This document shows positions 42,478-54,810 of a stretch of 64,000 nt of DNA, piece by piece. The position numbers and the translations under genes were made by a program. Origin of the DNA: Octopus vulgaris (lineage: Eukaryota). Numbering within the stretch: position 1 is the stretch's first letter; each line of letters starts with the position of its first letter. The stretch is from the NCBI GenBank assembly GCA_951406725.2, contig OX597827.1, positions 65,410,001 through 65,474,000 of the forward strand, given 5' to 3'. The notes below the pieces were generated by a model. The model did no database searches, was not told where the DNA came from, and saw only the letters and a list, made by a program, of their open reading frames with translations.

Positions 42478-42482
<5 letters not shown>
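42324..42482. repeat. Fold-back element, about 63-bp arms, right end in (TA)n, left arm extended about 100 bp to another TA tract
   Basis: aattataaattagggtatct...gctgaaaataacagccatgatttgactc / gagtcagatcatggctgctattttcagc...agataccctaatttataatt. Confidence 0.8.
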
Positions 42483-42524
<42 letters not shown>

Positions 42525-42692
42525 TCAAGGAAGTTTGTTTTCCTTACATTGTGTGGTGAAGCCATCAACCATTGAAACTCGAAGACGCTTTATCGCTTCA
42601 CATAGTAAAACTATAACGTCATATTCTACTTCAATTTACTGAGTGATCTTTCAATTAACATTAGGCTGTTCCAGAAACACAACATCCATACG

Positions 42693-42734
<42 letters not shown>

Positions 42735-43895
42735 CCCACATACTCACACATACAAATACACAAGCACATATATGTTAGTGTGTGTATTTGTACAGATACG
42801 CGCCTTTGTGTATAATAAGTAAATTCTGCTGTAGTGAAGAAAAGTAGGCACTGAAGAACGCAAATTGCGCAATACACTACGTACGCTGCATCAAATGGTT
42901 TTTATGTCGATAAACTGACATTTACAGCAAGATCCCGTGGTTTCCTTAATTCCCATCAAGCTGACGAGTTTTAGAGTGAATCAATGATGAAATGTAAATG
43001 AAATCCTGTAAAATGCTAACCAAAATTCGGTCAAATAAAATAACACTAACGTGCATATACAACGCTTCTGCATTATCTTTGATGGATTTACAACCGTAAA
43101 TGATGTTGAAGGTGAAAATCTATTGTTAAGGAAGTGAATTAAGAGCCTGAAATACTTTTATGCATAAAATAAAAAAAAAAAAGAATAATTTTCAAATTTA
43201 CTAATTGATTCGGGCGTGCATACGAAGTTGGAGGAACATTTTTTTTTAAAGTTGCGTAGGAAAAGGGTTGATTAATAAAAGTGATGGAGGGTTAATTTTC
43301 TCTGAATGAACGTGTTTGAATGTGTTTGTACGCGTATAATTTTGTGTGTGTGTATATGTGTGTATGCGTATGTGTGTACCTGCACTCACTTGTGGTGTAG
43401 GAGTGTATTTGTAAAAATCTACGCGTGATTTCATCACTTCTAAACACACATACATCTTAACATAGGCACCCATAATCGTCATTACCCAAGGTCCGCATAA
43501 ACATTCTTTCATATTATCATCAACATCGCCGTCACGAATGTTTTGTTACGCTTTATATACCTTATCTGCCTGAACAATATGTGATACTGTCTATCATATT
43601 TTCAACTTATATTTTCATATAAGCATACATAACAGCATTCATTCATACATACAGGTACACATACATACAGATGCACAGACAAACAGACAGAGAGTTCAAT
43701 CGACACACCAACTCAATCACATATCTAAAACCTCAGGAACTCTCTTTAACTCAAATTGTCTTATCGCTTTGTTAGCGACCGGTTTGAACTCTCTCAAGGA
43801 AAACTTGAATACAACTCAAAGAAAAATCATACATACATACATACATACACACACATACACATATGCACATATATATGTATACATGTATGTGTGTG

Positions 43896-44140
43896 GAGGC
43901 GCGTGGCTTAGTGGTTAGGGTGTCAGCATCATGATCGTAAGATTGTGGTTTCGATTCCTGTACCGGGCGACGCGTTGTGTTCTTGAGAACATTTCAGTTT
44001 GCTCCAGTCCACTCAGCTGGCAAAAGTCAGTAACGCTGCAATGGACTGGCGTCCCGTCCAGCTGGAGAACACATACGTCATAGAAACCGGGAAACCGGGC
44101 CCATGAGCCTGGCTAGGCTTTAAAAGGATGCATTTATTTA
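43896..44140 (+). mobile_element. tRNA-derived SINE sharing tail type iii
   Basis: ggcgcgtggcttagtggttaggg...gtttcgattcc; ggactggcgtcccgtccag...gaaaccgggaaaccgggcccatgagcc. Confidence 0.8.
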
Positions 44141-44145
44141 TTATT

Positions 44146-44203
<58 letters not shown>

Positions 44204-44215
44204 GATAGGCATATA

Positions 44216-44253
<38 letters not shown>

Positions 44254-44466
44254 GTGAAATAGAAAGATGAATAATCTTGTAGTAGATTAATCAAAAGTTT
44301 AACCGATACCTTAGTAGCAAAAATCACAGCAGTAAACAGCACGGTTGGAGGTACAACCATATGGTGTTGCAACCGTGCGTTGGTGCGGATAATTGAAATT
44401 AAAACATTATTGGTGAATTGAAGAAATGGAGCTGAACGCAGATTGAACAGAAATCGTTTTATTTCA

Positions 44467-44546
44467 TTCTACACGTGTTTCGAAAGGCACAAATTACCAA
44501 AATCCGATTGAATAATGGGACCATATTGTGTCTTTCTCTTCAGGAA
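44467..44546 (-). ncRNA. Canonical type I hammerhead ribozyme
   Basis: ttc-CTGAAGA-gaaagacacaa...ttgtgcctttc-GAAA-cacgtg-TA-gaa: intact core, 10 of 11 bp in stem II, palindromic stem III, GUA triplet. Confidence 0.85.
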
Positions 44547-45118
44547 GAAAATAGGAAATCCGTTGGAAAAACAAAAACAGAACAGAGGCGGAGCAGAAAC
44601 AAATCGAACTATGCTCCTAAGAGCCCATGGCGAAACTGTTTATCAGTGTATGTTGAGAACCGGTGGCTGAAGAATTTAACGGGTCAGGCATCGGTCAATC
44701 ATGTGGGTGAGGGTGTGTGGGTGTTCTTTGTGACCGAGAATAAAGTTCTGACTATTTAAGGAATATTGATGTTTTATAAGGGGCGAGAAAAAATCTACTT
44801 AGAGACGTGGGTGTGTGTATACTGTTCTATATATGTGTGTGTTGGCGTAGGGGTAGAAAACATCTTTTGTGTACGTGTGTGCGTTTGAGCGTTCGGCTGT
44901 CAGTGGCAGAAAAAAAAAAAATATATATATATATTATGTTTTATGTGTGTGTGTGTTCATCTAAGCCTGCCTTGTCAAGGAACCCCCCGCTGTGAAAAAA
45001 CCAAGCCCCGTTTGTCTTACAGGAGTAATTCCCCTTGCAGTGGTTAATCGTAGATATCTTAAAGGCTATTTCAGAATTTGTTACCAAGGGCTATGGGTGC
45101 CGGTATTATTTATAAACG

Positions 45119-45334
45119 CTATTTAAAAGCCAGATAAGTGTAACGCCGCCAATGGGGGCATCGAAAAGCCGGCTGTAAAAGCCCGTTTACCATCCGGCCT
45201 CTGGCAAACAAAATATGGAAGAGTTCGGAGACACAAAGGTTGCACTGCCTTCTGCCCCTATCAAATGGGAGGGCCACCGACAAAATTGACCATTCCAGCC
45301 TGTAGCTTAAGTTCGTATCCTTCAGTCGCCATAT
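45119..45334 (-). pseudogene. C-terminal end of a PLE GIY-YIG endonuclease (missed by the ORF track; no start codon)
   Basis: IWRLKDTNLSYRLEWSILSVALPFDRGRRQCNLCVSELFHILFARGRMVNGLLQPAFRCPHWRRYTYLAFK*, matching the IWxLKD...WSI...CNLCxxE...N...CxH pattern of PLE endonucleases. Confidence 0.75.
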
Positions 45335-45797
45335 TAGTCGCGTTACACTTATCTGGCTTTTAAATAGCGTTTATAAATAATACCGGCACCCATAGCCCTT
45401 GGTAACAAATTCTGAAATAGCCTTTAAGATATCTACGATTAACCACTGCAAGGGGAATTACTCCTGTAAGACAAACGGGGCTTGGTTTTTTCACAGCGGG
45501 GGGTTCCTTGACAAGGCAGGCTTAGATGAACACACACACACATAAAACATAATATATATATATATTTTTTTTTTTTCTGCCACCCAACGGTTCTCGCGGC
45601 AGTAGCCACTGACAGCCGAACGCTCAAACGCACACACGTACACAAAAAAATGTTTTCTACCCCTACGCCAACACACACATATATAGAACAGTATACACAC
45701 ACACACGTCTCTAAGTAGATTTTTTCTCGCCCCTTATAAAACATCTGTAAAATTTCTGTTCAATCTGCGTTCAGCTCCATTTCTTCAATTCACCAAT

Positions 45798-45872
<75 letters not shown>

Positions 45873-46592
45873 ACATATATAGACATTCAACATATTGTAA
45901 TCTATTTATATTCATAGATTCTTTAGATTCATTCGATTCCTGAGACTTTATCTCTCGATTAGAAATTCTCAAGAATTCCTCATATTCTACCACGTTAACA
46001 TTTCTCCCTCTTTCTCTCTGCCTTTATCTCCTACTAACTCCGTTTCCAATACTAAATGATATTTAACTCATTGTTGGCCATCAATTATCTGTTCCTATAT
46101 TTCTAGTAAATTTTCGGAATGTATTACGTTAGCTTCATTGTTCGTGTCAATATGATTAAGTCATTAATACTCCCAGGATTATCCCCGTTTATCACCATGT
46201 CAGCTGCTTCCAACCGTTTTTCTATTCTCTGTATGAATGAACAAATTCTCAAAATGTGGGTGGAATATCATATTCAGTATTGAACAATTCTTTGATGTCA
46301 GCTTAATCTAAGCCACTGTCACTTGCAGGTCAGAGCTTGTCAGAGAGGTTGATACGATCGGTTTTCCTTTGGAGACACACAAGTCATTAAAATCTTTATT
46401 CCTTATCACTGGACTGCATTACATTAAATAATACATAACAGTCTTAAAGCATTAAGATCGTAGAAGATAGCCTTATCATTAAAGATTTTTAAGACCAGGC
46501 TGAGACTTCTTTGAATCTTTGATGAAAGAATCGAATATTCGGTTTAAAGATTTTTTCATTAGAATTCACTTGGATTTACGAGTAGCATAGTA

Positions 46593-46638
<46 letters not shown>

Positions 46639-46795
46639 TGTAGTGTCACATATAATTTATTTTGTTATAATATAGGTATAAATGTATGTGGACATTTGTA
46701 GGGCATTTTGAGTGCATATACGTGTGTGAGTATATATATACCATGTATACATACATACATACATATATATATAATATATATACATATATATAATG

Positions 46796-46858
<63 letters not shown>

Positions 46859-46956
46859 TGTATAAAGGATCATGGGTAAGTCCAAAATGAGGCGAAGTAA
46901 ATGCAAGGTACATCGCAAGAAAACAAATATGTGAATTAATGTAGAATTACCTTGTA

Positions 46957-46992
46957 TTCAATATTTCGGGGTTATGAGCCCATTTTCAGGAA
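46957..46992 (-). ncRNA. Minimal hammerhead-like motif in a copy of the 1-225 family (element about 46858-47010)
   Basis: ttc-CTGAAAA-t-gggc tcataa cccc-GAAA-ta-TT-gaa. Confidence 0.45.
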
Positions 46993-47033
46993 ATAGGTGA
47001 ACGTTGACGATGTTCATGTGTGTGAGCGTACGT

Positions 47034-47075
<42 letters not shown>

Positions 47076-47379
47076 TATATATATATATATATGTTATAAG
47101 GATTCAGATAGAATCAGGTAGTTGAAAAGATATGCATCAGGTAGGGATGAACAAACCTGTGGTTCCGGCCTATATATGGTAAGTATCAAATAGGATATCC
47201 CGATATTGTACACAGAGAAAACCAACCAATTGAGTACCGAGCACTTTGGGGATGGTCCAAATCACGCGTTACTTTGAATAGTACGTTGATGGTATACTCT
47301 AGGGTGTCCGACAAGTCGTAATTGCCTCTGGCTTATTATAATCAAATCAATAATAACCTATGATTGATAGTTGCCAGCT

Positions 47380-47654
47380 CATTACAGCTGTTTCTTATGT
47401 ATCATATTTAATAGAAGAATGAGAACATTAATCCATTACGAAAACTGTGATCATCAGATGAAAAATATTTTTACAAACAAATGCATATCCCAAGAATGCA
47501 GCAAGGATGTAGTTGGTTTCCACGTATTTCAGCCACATTCAGGCTGTACACTTTAGATGTTCTCTTTGTAAAATTACTTTCCATCTGATGATTTACGGTC
47601 TTTTGTAATGGATTAATGCTCTTATTTTTGTATTAAAAATAAAACAGCTGTATG
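47380..47654. mobile_element. Diverged fold-back element with a hammerhead in each arm (47380-47460 minus; 47582-47654 plus)
   Basis: Minus: cat-CTGATGA-...-GAAA-cagctg-TA-atg. Plus: cat-CTGATGA-...-AAAA-cagctg-TA-tg. Arms share (c/t)gtaatggattaatg. Confidence 0.7.
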
Positions 47655-47685
47655 TCATTGTTCATTTGAGCATATATATACATAC

Positions 47686-47749
<64 letters not shown>

Positions 47750-47805
47750 ATATATATATATGAATATATGTATATATGTATGTATGTAGGTATATATATA
47801 TATGT

Positions 47806-47850
<45 letters not shown>

Positions 47851-47907
47851 CACACATATATATATGTGTGTGTGTGTGTAGAAGGTTGAAAAAGAGCACA
47901 CGAGTTG

Positions 47908-48275
47908 ATATATATGGAAAAAGTCAAGGTAGTAAATGCTACAATGATTTTATAAAAAAAACCCATTTCAGTACCGGTTTCAGACATTGAGACTTTTTCA
48001 ACTGTAAGTATGGAAAATAATTAAATTTTGGAAAAATTTATAGAAAAGTTTTTATAAAAGAAAATGTGTATAGTATTCAAATACAAGGGTTATTTTCCTT
48101 GTTTCTGCCCGTGTATTTGAATACTATACAAATATTCTTTTTAAAAACTTCTCTTTTAAATTTCCGAAATTAAAATTTTCCCATAATTATACTTGAAAAT
48201 GTTTCAATGTCAGAATCCGGTACTGAAATGTTTTTTATAATATTATTTTAGCATATTCTATATTGACTTTTTTCC

Positions 48276-48280
<5 letters not shown>
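47908..48280. mobile_element. Diverged fold-back element (about 180-bp arms) with a minimal hammerhead in each arm (47969-48004 minus; 48190-48225 plus)
   Basis: Minus: cag-TTGAAAA-agtctcaatgtct-GAAA-ccgg-TA-ctg. Inner arm tgtatagtattcaaatac pairs with gtatttgaatactataca. Confidence 0.75.
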
Positions 48281-48321
<41 letters not shown>

Positions 48322-48387
48322 TCAAATGAATAATGAGAACATGGAGAGGTAATTAATAAAATTTTATTTATTAATTATAAGATATGA

Positions 48388-48478
48388 CAACATCTCTGAC
48401 AGGTGTTTCGATTCAGTAATCTTTAGATAAGTAATTTAGAAAATTATAATCATTATAAAATGAATCTCTTCAGAGTTG
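48388..48478 (-). ncRNA. Type I hammerhead ribozyme in a 220-bp insert between (TA)n tracts
   Basis: ct-CTGAAGA-gattca...tgaatc-GAAA-cacctg-TC-ag; 6-bp stem II, GUC triplet; stem I short. Confidence 0.6.
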
Positions 48479-48554
48479 GTAAAGATATACCGATTAGAAA
48501 TACATATATTTTATTATCCCTTAATGAGGTTTATAACCTTTATTTGTATATCTA

Positions 48555-48604
<50 letters not shown>

Positions 48605-48724
48605 AACTTAGTTTGATTTGAAAACCACACTAGAATGGGAGAAAGCGCTAATGATCTAAGTGATATGATATATATATAAATAACTGTAAATATAAACCAT
48701 CCGATCTTCTGAGTAGCTCATTTC

Positions 48725-48755
<31 letters not shown>

Positions 48756-48787
48756 GCATATCATTATTTCTAGTAACATTTCTTTAA

Positions 48788-49120
48788 AGTATAGGCTATT
48801 CGCCAACATAATGTGGCTCTCCTGGACGACGTTACTGTTGTTTTAGCCCCAAGCAACATCGTTTCTAACTGGCTATACGACACACTATCTGAATCCTTAC
48901 TTATGTTTTCGAACACGGAGCTCAGCACTTTCACCTACCGCAACCCAACATCTGTGGACTAGTTTCTGGGTTATTGCCCTTCATAAACACAGACTAGCTG
49001 CTTTAGCCAGATGGCGTTGCTGAATTCACCGTTCGGACATATAATTTTCTTGGGGACGAAACAACAGGAAATAATGTCCCTTTCGGGACAGCCATATTAC
49101 GTTGGCAAATAACCTTTACT
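48788..49120. mobile_element. MITE with about 65-bp imperfect TIRs and TTAA target duplication (Kolobok-like)
   Basis: ttaa|agtataggctattcgccaacataatgtggct ... agccatattacgttggcaaataacctttact|ttaa. Confidence 0.7.
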
Positions 49121-49436
49121 TTAAATATGTTTCGACAGTCGTCTCTATATGTTAAGAAATTCCAATTACCGGAGTAGGCCTGTGCTAGAAAATTTGCTTC
49201 CCAACCAGAAGGCTCTCCGTTCAGTCCTATTGCGTGACACCTTGTTCAAGTATAGTACTAAAGTAAACAACTTGAGGGTATCGGGTTTTAAAAAAGTGTC
49301 AAATTAAAAAAAAAAAAAACTGGAGTCGATGTGTTCGAATTTAGATGGAGTACATTTGAATTCATGAAAGAAGCCACTTGAACTTAAAGCTTACCTATCT
49401 GCCAGTCTTCCTGCATGTGTGTATGTCTGTCTGTCT

Positions 49437-49665
49437 TATTTCTTTATTGCCCACAAGGGGCTAAACACAGATAGGACAAACAAAAAGAGATAAGGAGATT
49501 AAGTCGATTATCTCGACACCAGTGCGTAACTGGTACTTAATTTATCGACCCCGAAAGGATGAAAGGCAAAGTCGACCTCGGCGGAATTTGAACTCAGAAC
49601 GTAAAAGAAAGCGAAAAAGCGATAAGCATTTCGCCCTGCGTGCTAACGTTTCTGTCACCTCGCCA
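49437..49665 (-). mobile_element. SINE family B, full length
   Basis: Core aaagtcgacctcggcggaatttgaactcag; tail reads agccccttgtgggcaataaagaaata on the minus strand. Confidence 0.88.
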
Positions 49666-49741
49666 CCTGCCTGCCTTCTGTATATATATGCATGTCTATC
49701 TGTCTGCCTGCCTGCTTGTGTATCTGTCTATCTGTCTGCCA

Positions 49742-49856
<115 letters not shown>

Positions 49857-51371
49857 CTGTATGTCTGCCTGTCTGTCTATCTATCTACATAATACACATC
49901 TGTCTGACTCTCTCTTCTGTACTTGAATAAACAAAATTTATGTTTATACATTCATTGCCCCATCTCTTCTCCTGTTATTATTTAAATTCGAAAAGCTGTA
50001 CCTATCTTATTCAATTAAGAAAATATTTACTGATTTACCGAATTTTCATAATTAATATTTAATTCTGTATCACACAGCAGAGATCATACAGAAGAGATTT
50101 GATTAAGACTGAAGTGATAATATGTGATTGGAATTCAATTATTTTTATTTACTTCAAAATAAGGAAATCTAATACGAAACAGATTGGCTGCGATTCTATT
50201 GATGGTGTTTTATTGCTTGAAAACAAGTAAAAATATTATAGATTCTCACTGGTACAGCAATAACAGAAATGGACACTCGACATAGATGCTTATAACTATA
50301 AGGTACTTCAAATCATCATTCATTATCTATTATTAGGTGTGTCCAGTAATGCGTGACAATGTTCGTCTCGGTATTCGGTGCTAAAAGTGATAGCGGAAAG
50401 AAGAATGCGAACTTTATATCGTATTCATTTCGACATATATATACGCACACTACAAAATGGCCGCAAGCTAAACTAGGGAAACATATACAACGGAATAATT
50501 TCCGTGTACATTTTAGTTTAAAGCTTCTGTCAACAAAAACATATGAATAGATTCAACAAAACCTCTTTCTGTTTCTTCCTATCTCTCTCTTTTTCTATCT
50601 CTCTCTCTTTCTCTCTCTCTTTCTATCTCTCTATCTTTCTATCTATCTCTATCTTTCTATCTCTCTCTCTCCTTCTATCTATCTCTTTCTAGCTATCTCT
50701 CTCGTTCTTACTCCCTCTCTTTCTATATCTCTCTCTTTCTATATCTCTCACCCTTTCTATCTCTCTCCCTCTCTTACTCCCTCTTTCACCTCTCCTCCCT
50801 CTCTGTTTTCCTTATTTCAATAAACAAATATTGAATGAGTTCCATCTTTAATCTTTGTTTCTTTCCATTTCCCTTTTATAACTTGAATAGTTTTACCGTA
50901 ACATATCTTCTATGAGTATATTCGTGATTACATATTCAGTAATATTCTATGAATAAATACCGTATGAATGTATTCCTTAAACGTTCTCTCTTTCTAGCAA
51001 CTTCTGTGTTGTACGTATCTGTACGTATCTTAACAAATCTATTTGAAACGCCGTCTTTCTGATATTACAGAGATTACTGTCTGATCTTTATTAATATTAC
51101 ATTCGATATCACATTGAAAAGATCAACGTAAAATCCTTAAGCGCTTATGTGTGTGCGAATGGAATATTCTTATGAATTTATAGTTATGAAATAATACAAT
51201 TGTATTTTAAAGATAGAAATAAATACAAAATTATTCCCTTCCAAAACTAAAGCGAATGAACCAATAACAAAAGTCTTGTTTGCGTTATATAACTCATTGA
51301 CTAATATAATTTTCGTCTTACTGCGAAAATGTATCCAGTTAGGTTTGTGTCGTTCCATACTGTTGTTGCTG

Positions 51372-51687
51372 GTTCTTTCTCGAGCCACGCCTGGCTCATT
51401 AGGGCCGGTTTCCCGGTTTCCTTGGCGTATAGGTTCCCCACCTGGACGGAAAGCCGGGTCCGTCGCAGGTGAGCTGCAAGATGCAGGAGGAAAGAGTGAG
51501 AGAGAAATTGTGGCGAAAGAGTCAGCAGAAACTCGCCATTCTGTCAGCAGAAGTTCGCGGATTCTGCCGGATCCGCATGGAGCTTAGGTGTTTCACTCAT
51601 AAACACACCCATCGAATGGTCTGAGATTCGAATCCGCGCTCTCTCGACCTCAAGTCCGCTGCTCCAACCACTAGGCCATGTGCCTCC

Positions 51688-51719
<32 letters not shown>

Positions 51720-52027
51720 ACATATATATATATATTGTTTGTTCCTTCTCGAGCCATGTTTCCCGGTTTCCCGGTTTCCTTGGCGTATAGGTTCCCCACC
51801 TGGACGGGACGCCGGTCCGTCGCAAATGATCTGCAAGATGCAGGAGGAAAGAGTGAGAGAGAAATTGTGGCGAAAGAGTCAGCAGAAGTTCGCCATTACT
51901 TTCTTCCGGAGCCGCGTGGTGCTTAGATGTTTCGTTCATAAACACACTTATCGCCCGGTCTGAGATTGGAACCCGCGATCCCTCGACCGCGAGTCTGCTG
52001 CTTTAACCACTAGGCTTTGTGCCTCCA
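51372..52027 (-). mobile_element. Two tandem family C SINEs (tail type iii): 51372-51687 and 51736-52027
   Basis: Each starts tggaggcaca.ggcctagtggtt and carries ctctcactctttcctcctgcatcttgcag. Confidence 0.9.
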
Positions 52028-52044
52028 TGATGTTCTCTATAGGA

Positions 52045-52434
52045 TTTTTTTTTTACTTGTTTCAGTCATTTGACTGCGGCCATGCTGGAGCACCGCCTTT
52101 AATGGAGCAAATCGACCCCGGGACTTATTCGTTTTGTAAGCCCAGTACTTATTCTATCGGTCTCTTTTGCCGAACCGCTAAGTAACGGGGACATAAACAC
52201 ACCAGCATCGGTTGCATCAAGCAATGCTAGGGGGGACAAACACACACACACAAACACACACATATATATATATACATATATACGACGGGCTTCTTTCAGT
52301 TTCCGTCTACCAAATCCACTCACAAGGCTTTGGTCGGCCCGAGGCTATAGTAGAAGACACTTGGGACAGTGGGAGTGAACCCGGAACCATGCGGTTGGTA
52401 AACAAGCTACTTACCACACAGCCACTCCTGCGCC
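52045..52434 (-). mobile_element. SINE family A
   Basis: Closely matches 28183-28584. Confidence 0.9.
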
Positions 52435-54187
52435 TATGTTAATAATGTACACTTAATGTACCGTGCTTGTACAACGCATCGAGTAATTGGACATTCTAGT
52501 GAGTACATTTCTTCGAGGCCCTCCATGAACCCCTCTCTATTTCTGGTGAAATGTAAGCGTAAGATAGTTTTGCACGCACAAGTCATAACTTTGAAAAATA
52601 TTACTGATTTTTATTTACGATTGAAGAACATTTCACTGTAGGAAGGTTTTCTTTTACTAAGGTAAAATATATTACAAAATTCGTTTTGAGCGAGATTTGA
52701 AGCTTTGTCTGGCGATATGATCTATTTTATAATACTCCTCATGGATTGTAACATATATCAGTTACAAATACCATTTCTTACACAAACAGGCAAATAGGCA
52801 CATGCACACACACACACTTACGCACACACGTACTCACACACATACACACGCACGCACATACGCAGACACTCACACACATATACACACGTAGACACATTCA
52901 CACACTCACGAACGCATACACACGCACGCACATATGTGCAAGTATACACATACACAAACACTTACATATGCACGTATAGTGATATATAAAGGCATAACAC
53001 ACACATACACATATCTGTGAGTGTGTATATATATATGGACATCCATGTGTATATAAGAAGTGAAACAAATTATCTGAAGTTGTTTCTAAAATAATTAGTT
53101 GCCTCCATCTTACGTTTATTTCATTTACATAAACAGATTATTAGTTACATATATATGAGTTACATAATTGAGACTTATTGCCAAATCGTCAGAGTTGTGT
53201 AACAAATATTATATACACCGATTATCTAATTATCCTACATCTATTATTGACCATCCAGTTAGCAATATATTGCTTGGATTTCTAGCTATCGACCTAAGAA
53301 CAAATGTGTATGGACAATGCCGAGTATTGCAATGACGCACTGTCGAGAAGTGGTTAGAAGGACAAGACGAAATAGATTCGTCAGAAGGACAAGGAATCCA
53401 TATTTGAAAGATCAATCTTTCACATAATAAGCCCATTTAACCGACAACCAAGGCTGAAAAATAGTATAAGGTCGAAACTGGAAACTAGTATTCTTAGTAT
53501 CGAGCCTCAAACTAGAGAAGACTCTATGTCATATCAATTCATAACTAAAAAAATTGAAAATTTAAAGGCTCGGATAACGATTAATGTGAAGAATAACGAC
53601 TTTTGATGGGATTGGAAGACTGCTACGATCTTCGTATAGAATGTCTTTCGAAATATTTTCTAGTTGACTTTGTCTAGGACTTCAGAGCTCATCGTGTGCA
53701 GCCTTGCCTTTCATTATGTCAGTGTTGAATTTACTTACTGCCATAGCGCTAGCGAAGCAAGTTCATTCTCCGTTTGTTCTTCCCTCCTCTCTCTCTCCCT
53801 CTCTTTTACTTTTTAAATATAACTTCCTGGGAACTTTTGCTAAGCCCTGACTGAGAGAGCCATGAATGACTGCAGCATTGTGAAACCCTGTTCAGCTTGT
53901 TTCGTAATCGAATTTTTGTGCTAAGCCTATTTGTACCTTCTCTGAGCATATTAATTAGCGCATTTCCTTATTCTGCTCAAAATACGGCTTATGATTTTTA
54001 CTTCAGTAGTTCGTTGCATTATACTTAGGTGGTGTCTGGCAAAACTTCTCGAGTATCGGGAGAAAATGTAGTCTGTGATTTACTTTCTCATTATAAGTTT
54101 TAAGTTCATATCCCGCCGTGATGAATAATTCATTTTACCATTCCGCGTTTGAAGAAATACAGCTCTATTCTATGATAATATCTGTCA

Positions 54188-54810
54188 GGTTTCGTCTGCC
54201 GTTACGTTATGAGTTCAAATTCCGCCGAGGTCGACTTTGCCTTTCATCCTTTCGGGGTCGATAAATTACGCACTGGGATCGATATAATCGACTTAATCCG
54301 TTTGTCTGTCCTTGTTTGTCCCCTCTATGTTTAGCCCCTTGTGGGTAATAAAGAAAGGATTTTGTATTAGCGTCCAACAAAAATGTGTCGTATAATTTTG
54401 TAGAAACTTACAATGCAGGTATCTGAAGCTGGATTGTGTCTACCCAGCATGATGTTGCCTTGTTGAAAATACACAACAGAATTCAAGAGGGAAACCACAT
54501 TTGAATTTCTTGAGGAAATTCAAACACGAAACCTTTGCAATTATCAAAGAAAATGCTTGCTTGATTTCGTTCGTAGTAAGGCGGCGAGCTGGCAGAAACG
54601 TTAGCACGCAGGGCGAAATGCGTAGCCGTATTTCGTCTGCCGCTACTTTCTGAGTTCAAATTCCACCGAGGTCGACTTTGCCTTTCATCCTTTCTGGGTC
54701 GATAAATTAAGTACCAGTTACGCACTGGGGGTCGATGTAATCGACGTAATCCTTTTGTCGATCCTTGTTTGTCCCCTCTATGTTTAGCCCCTTTTGGGTA
54801 ATAAAGAAAT
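54188..54810 (+). mobile_element. Two family B SINEs: 54188-54357 (5'-truncated) and 54580-54810 (full)
   Basis: ggcggcgagctggcagaaacgttagcacg...gagttcaaattcc...gtttagcccctt(g/t)tgggtaataaagaaa. Confidence 0.9.

Larger units (their letters stand above)
44252..45806. mobile_element. Second palindromic PLE insertion in (TA)n, from a different family than 2430-7231
   Basis: 44400-44454 is the reverse complement of 45752-45806, and 44768-45146 of 45340-45745. Contains a hammerhead and a GIY-YIG C-terminal fragment. Confidence 0.85.
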
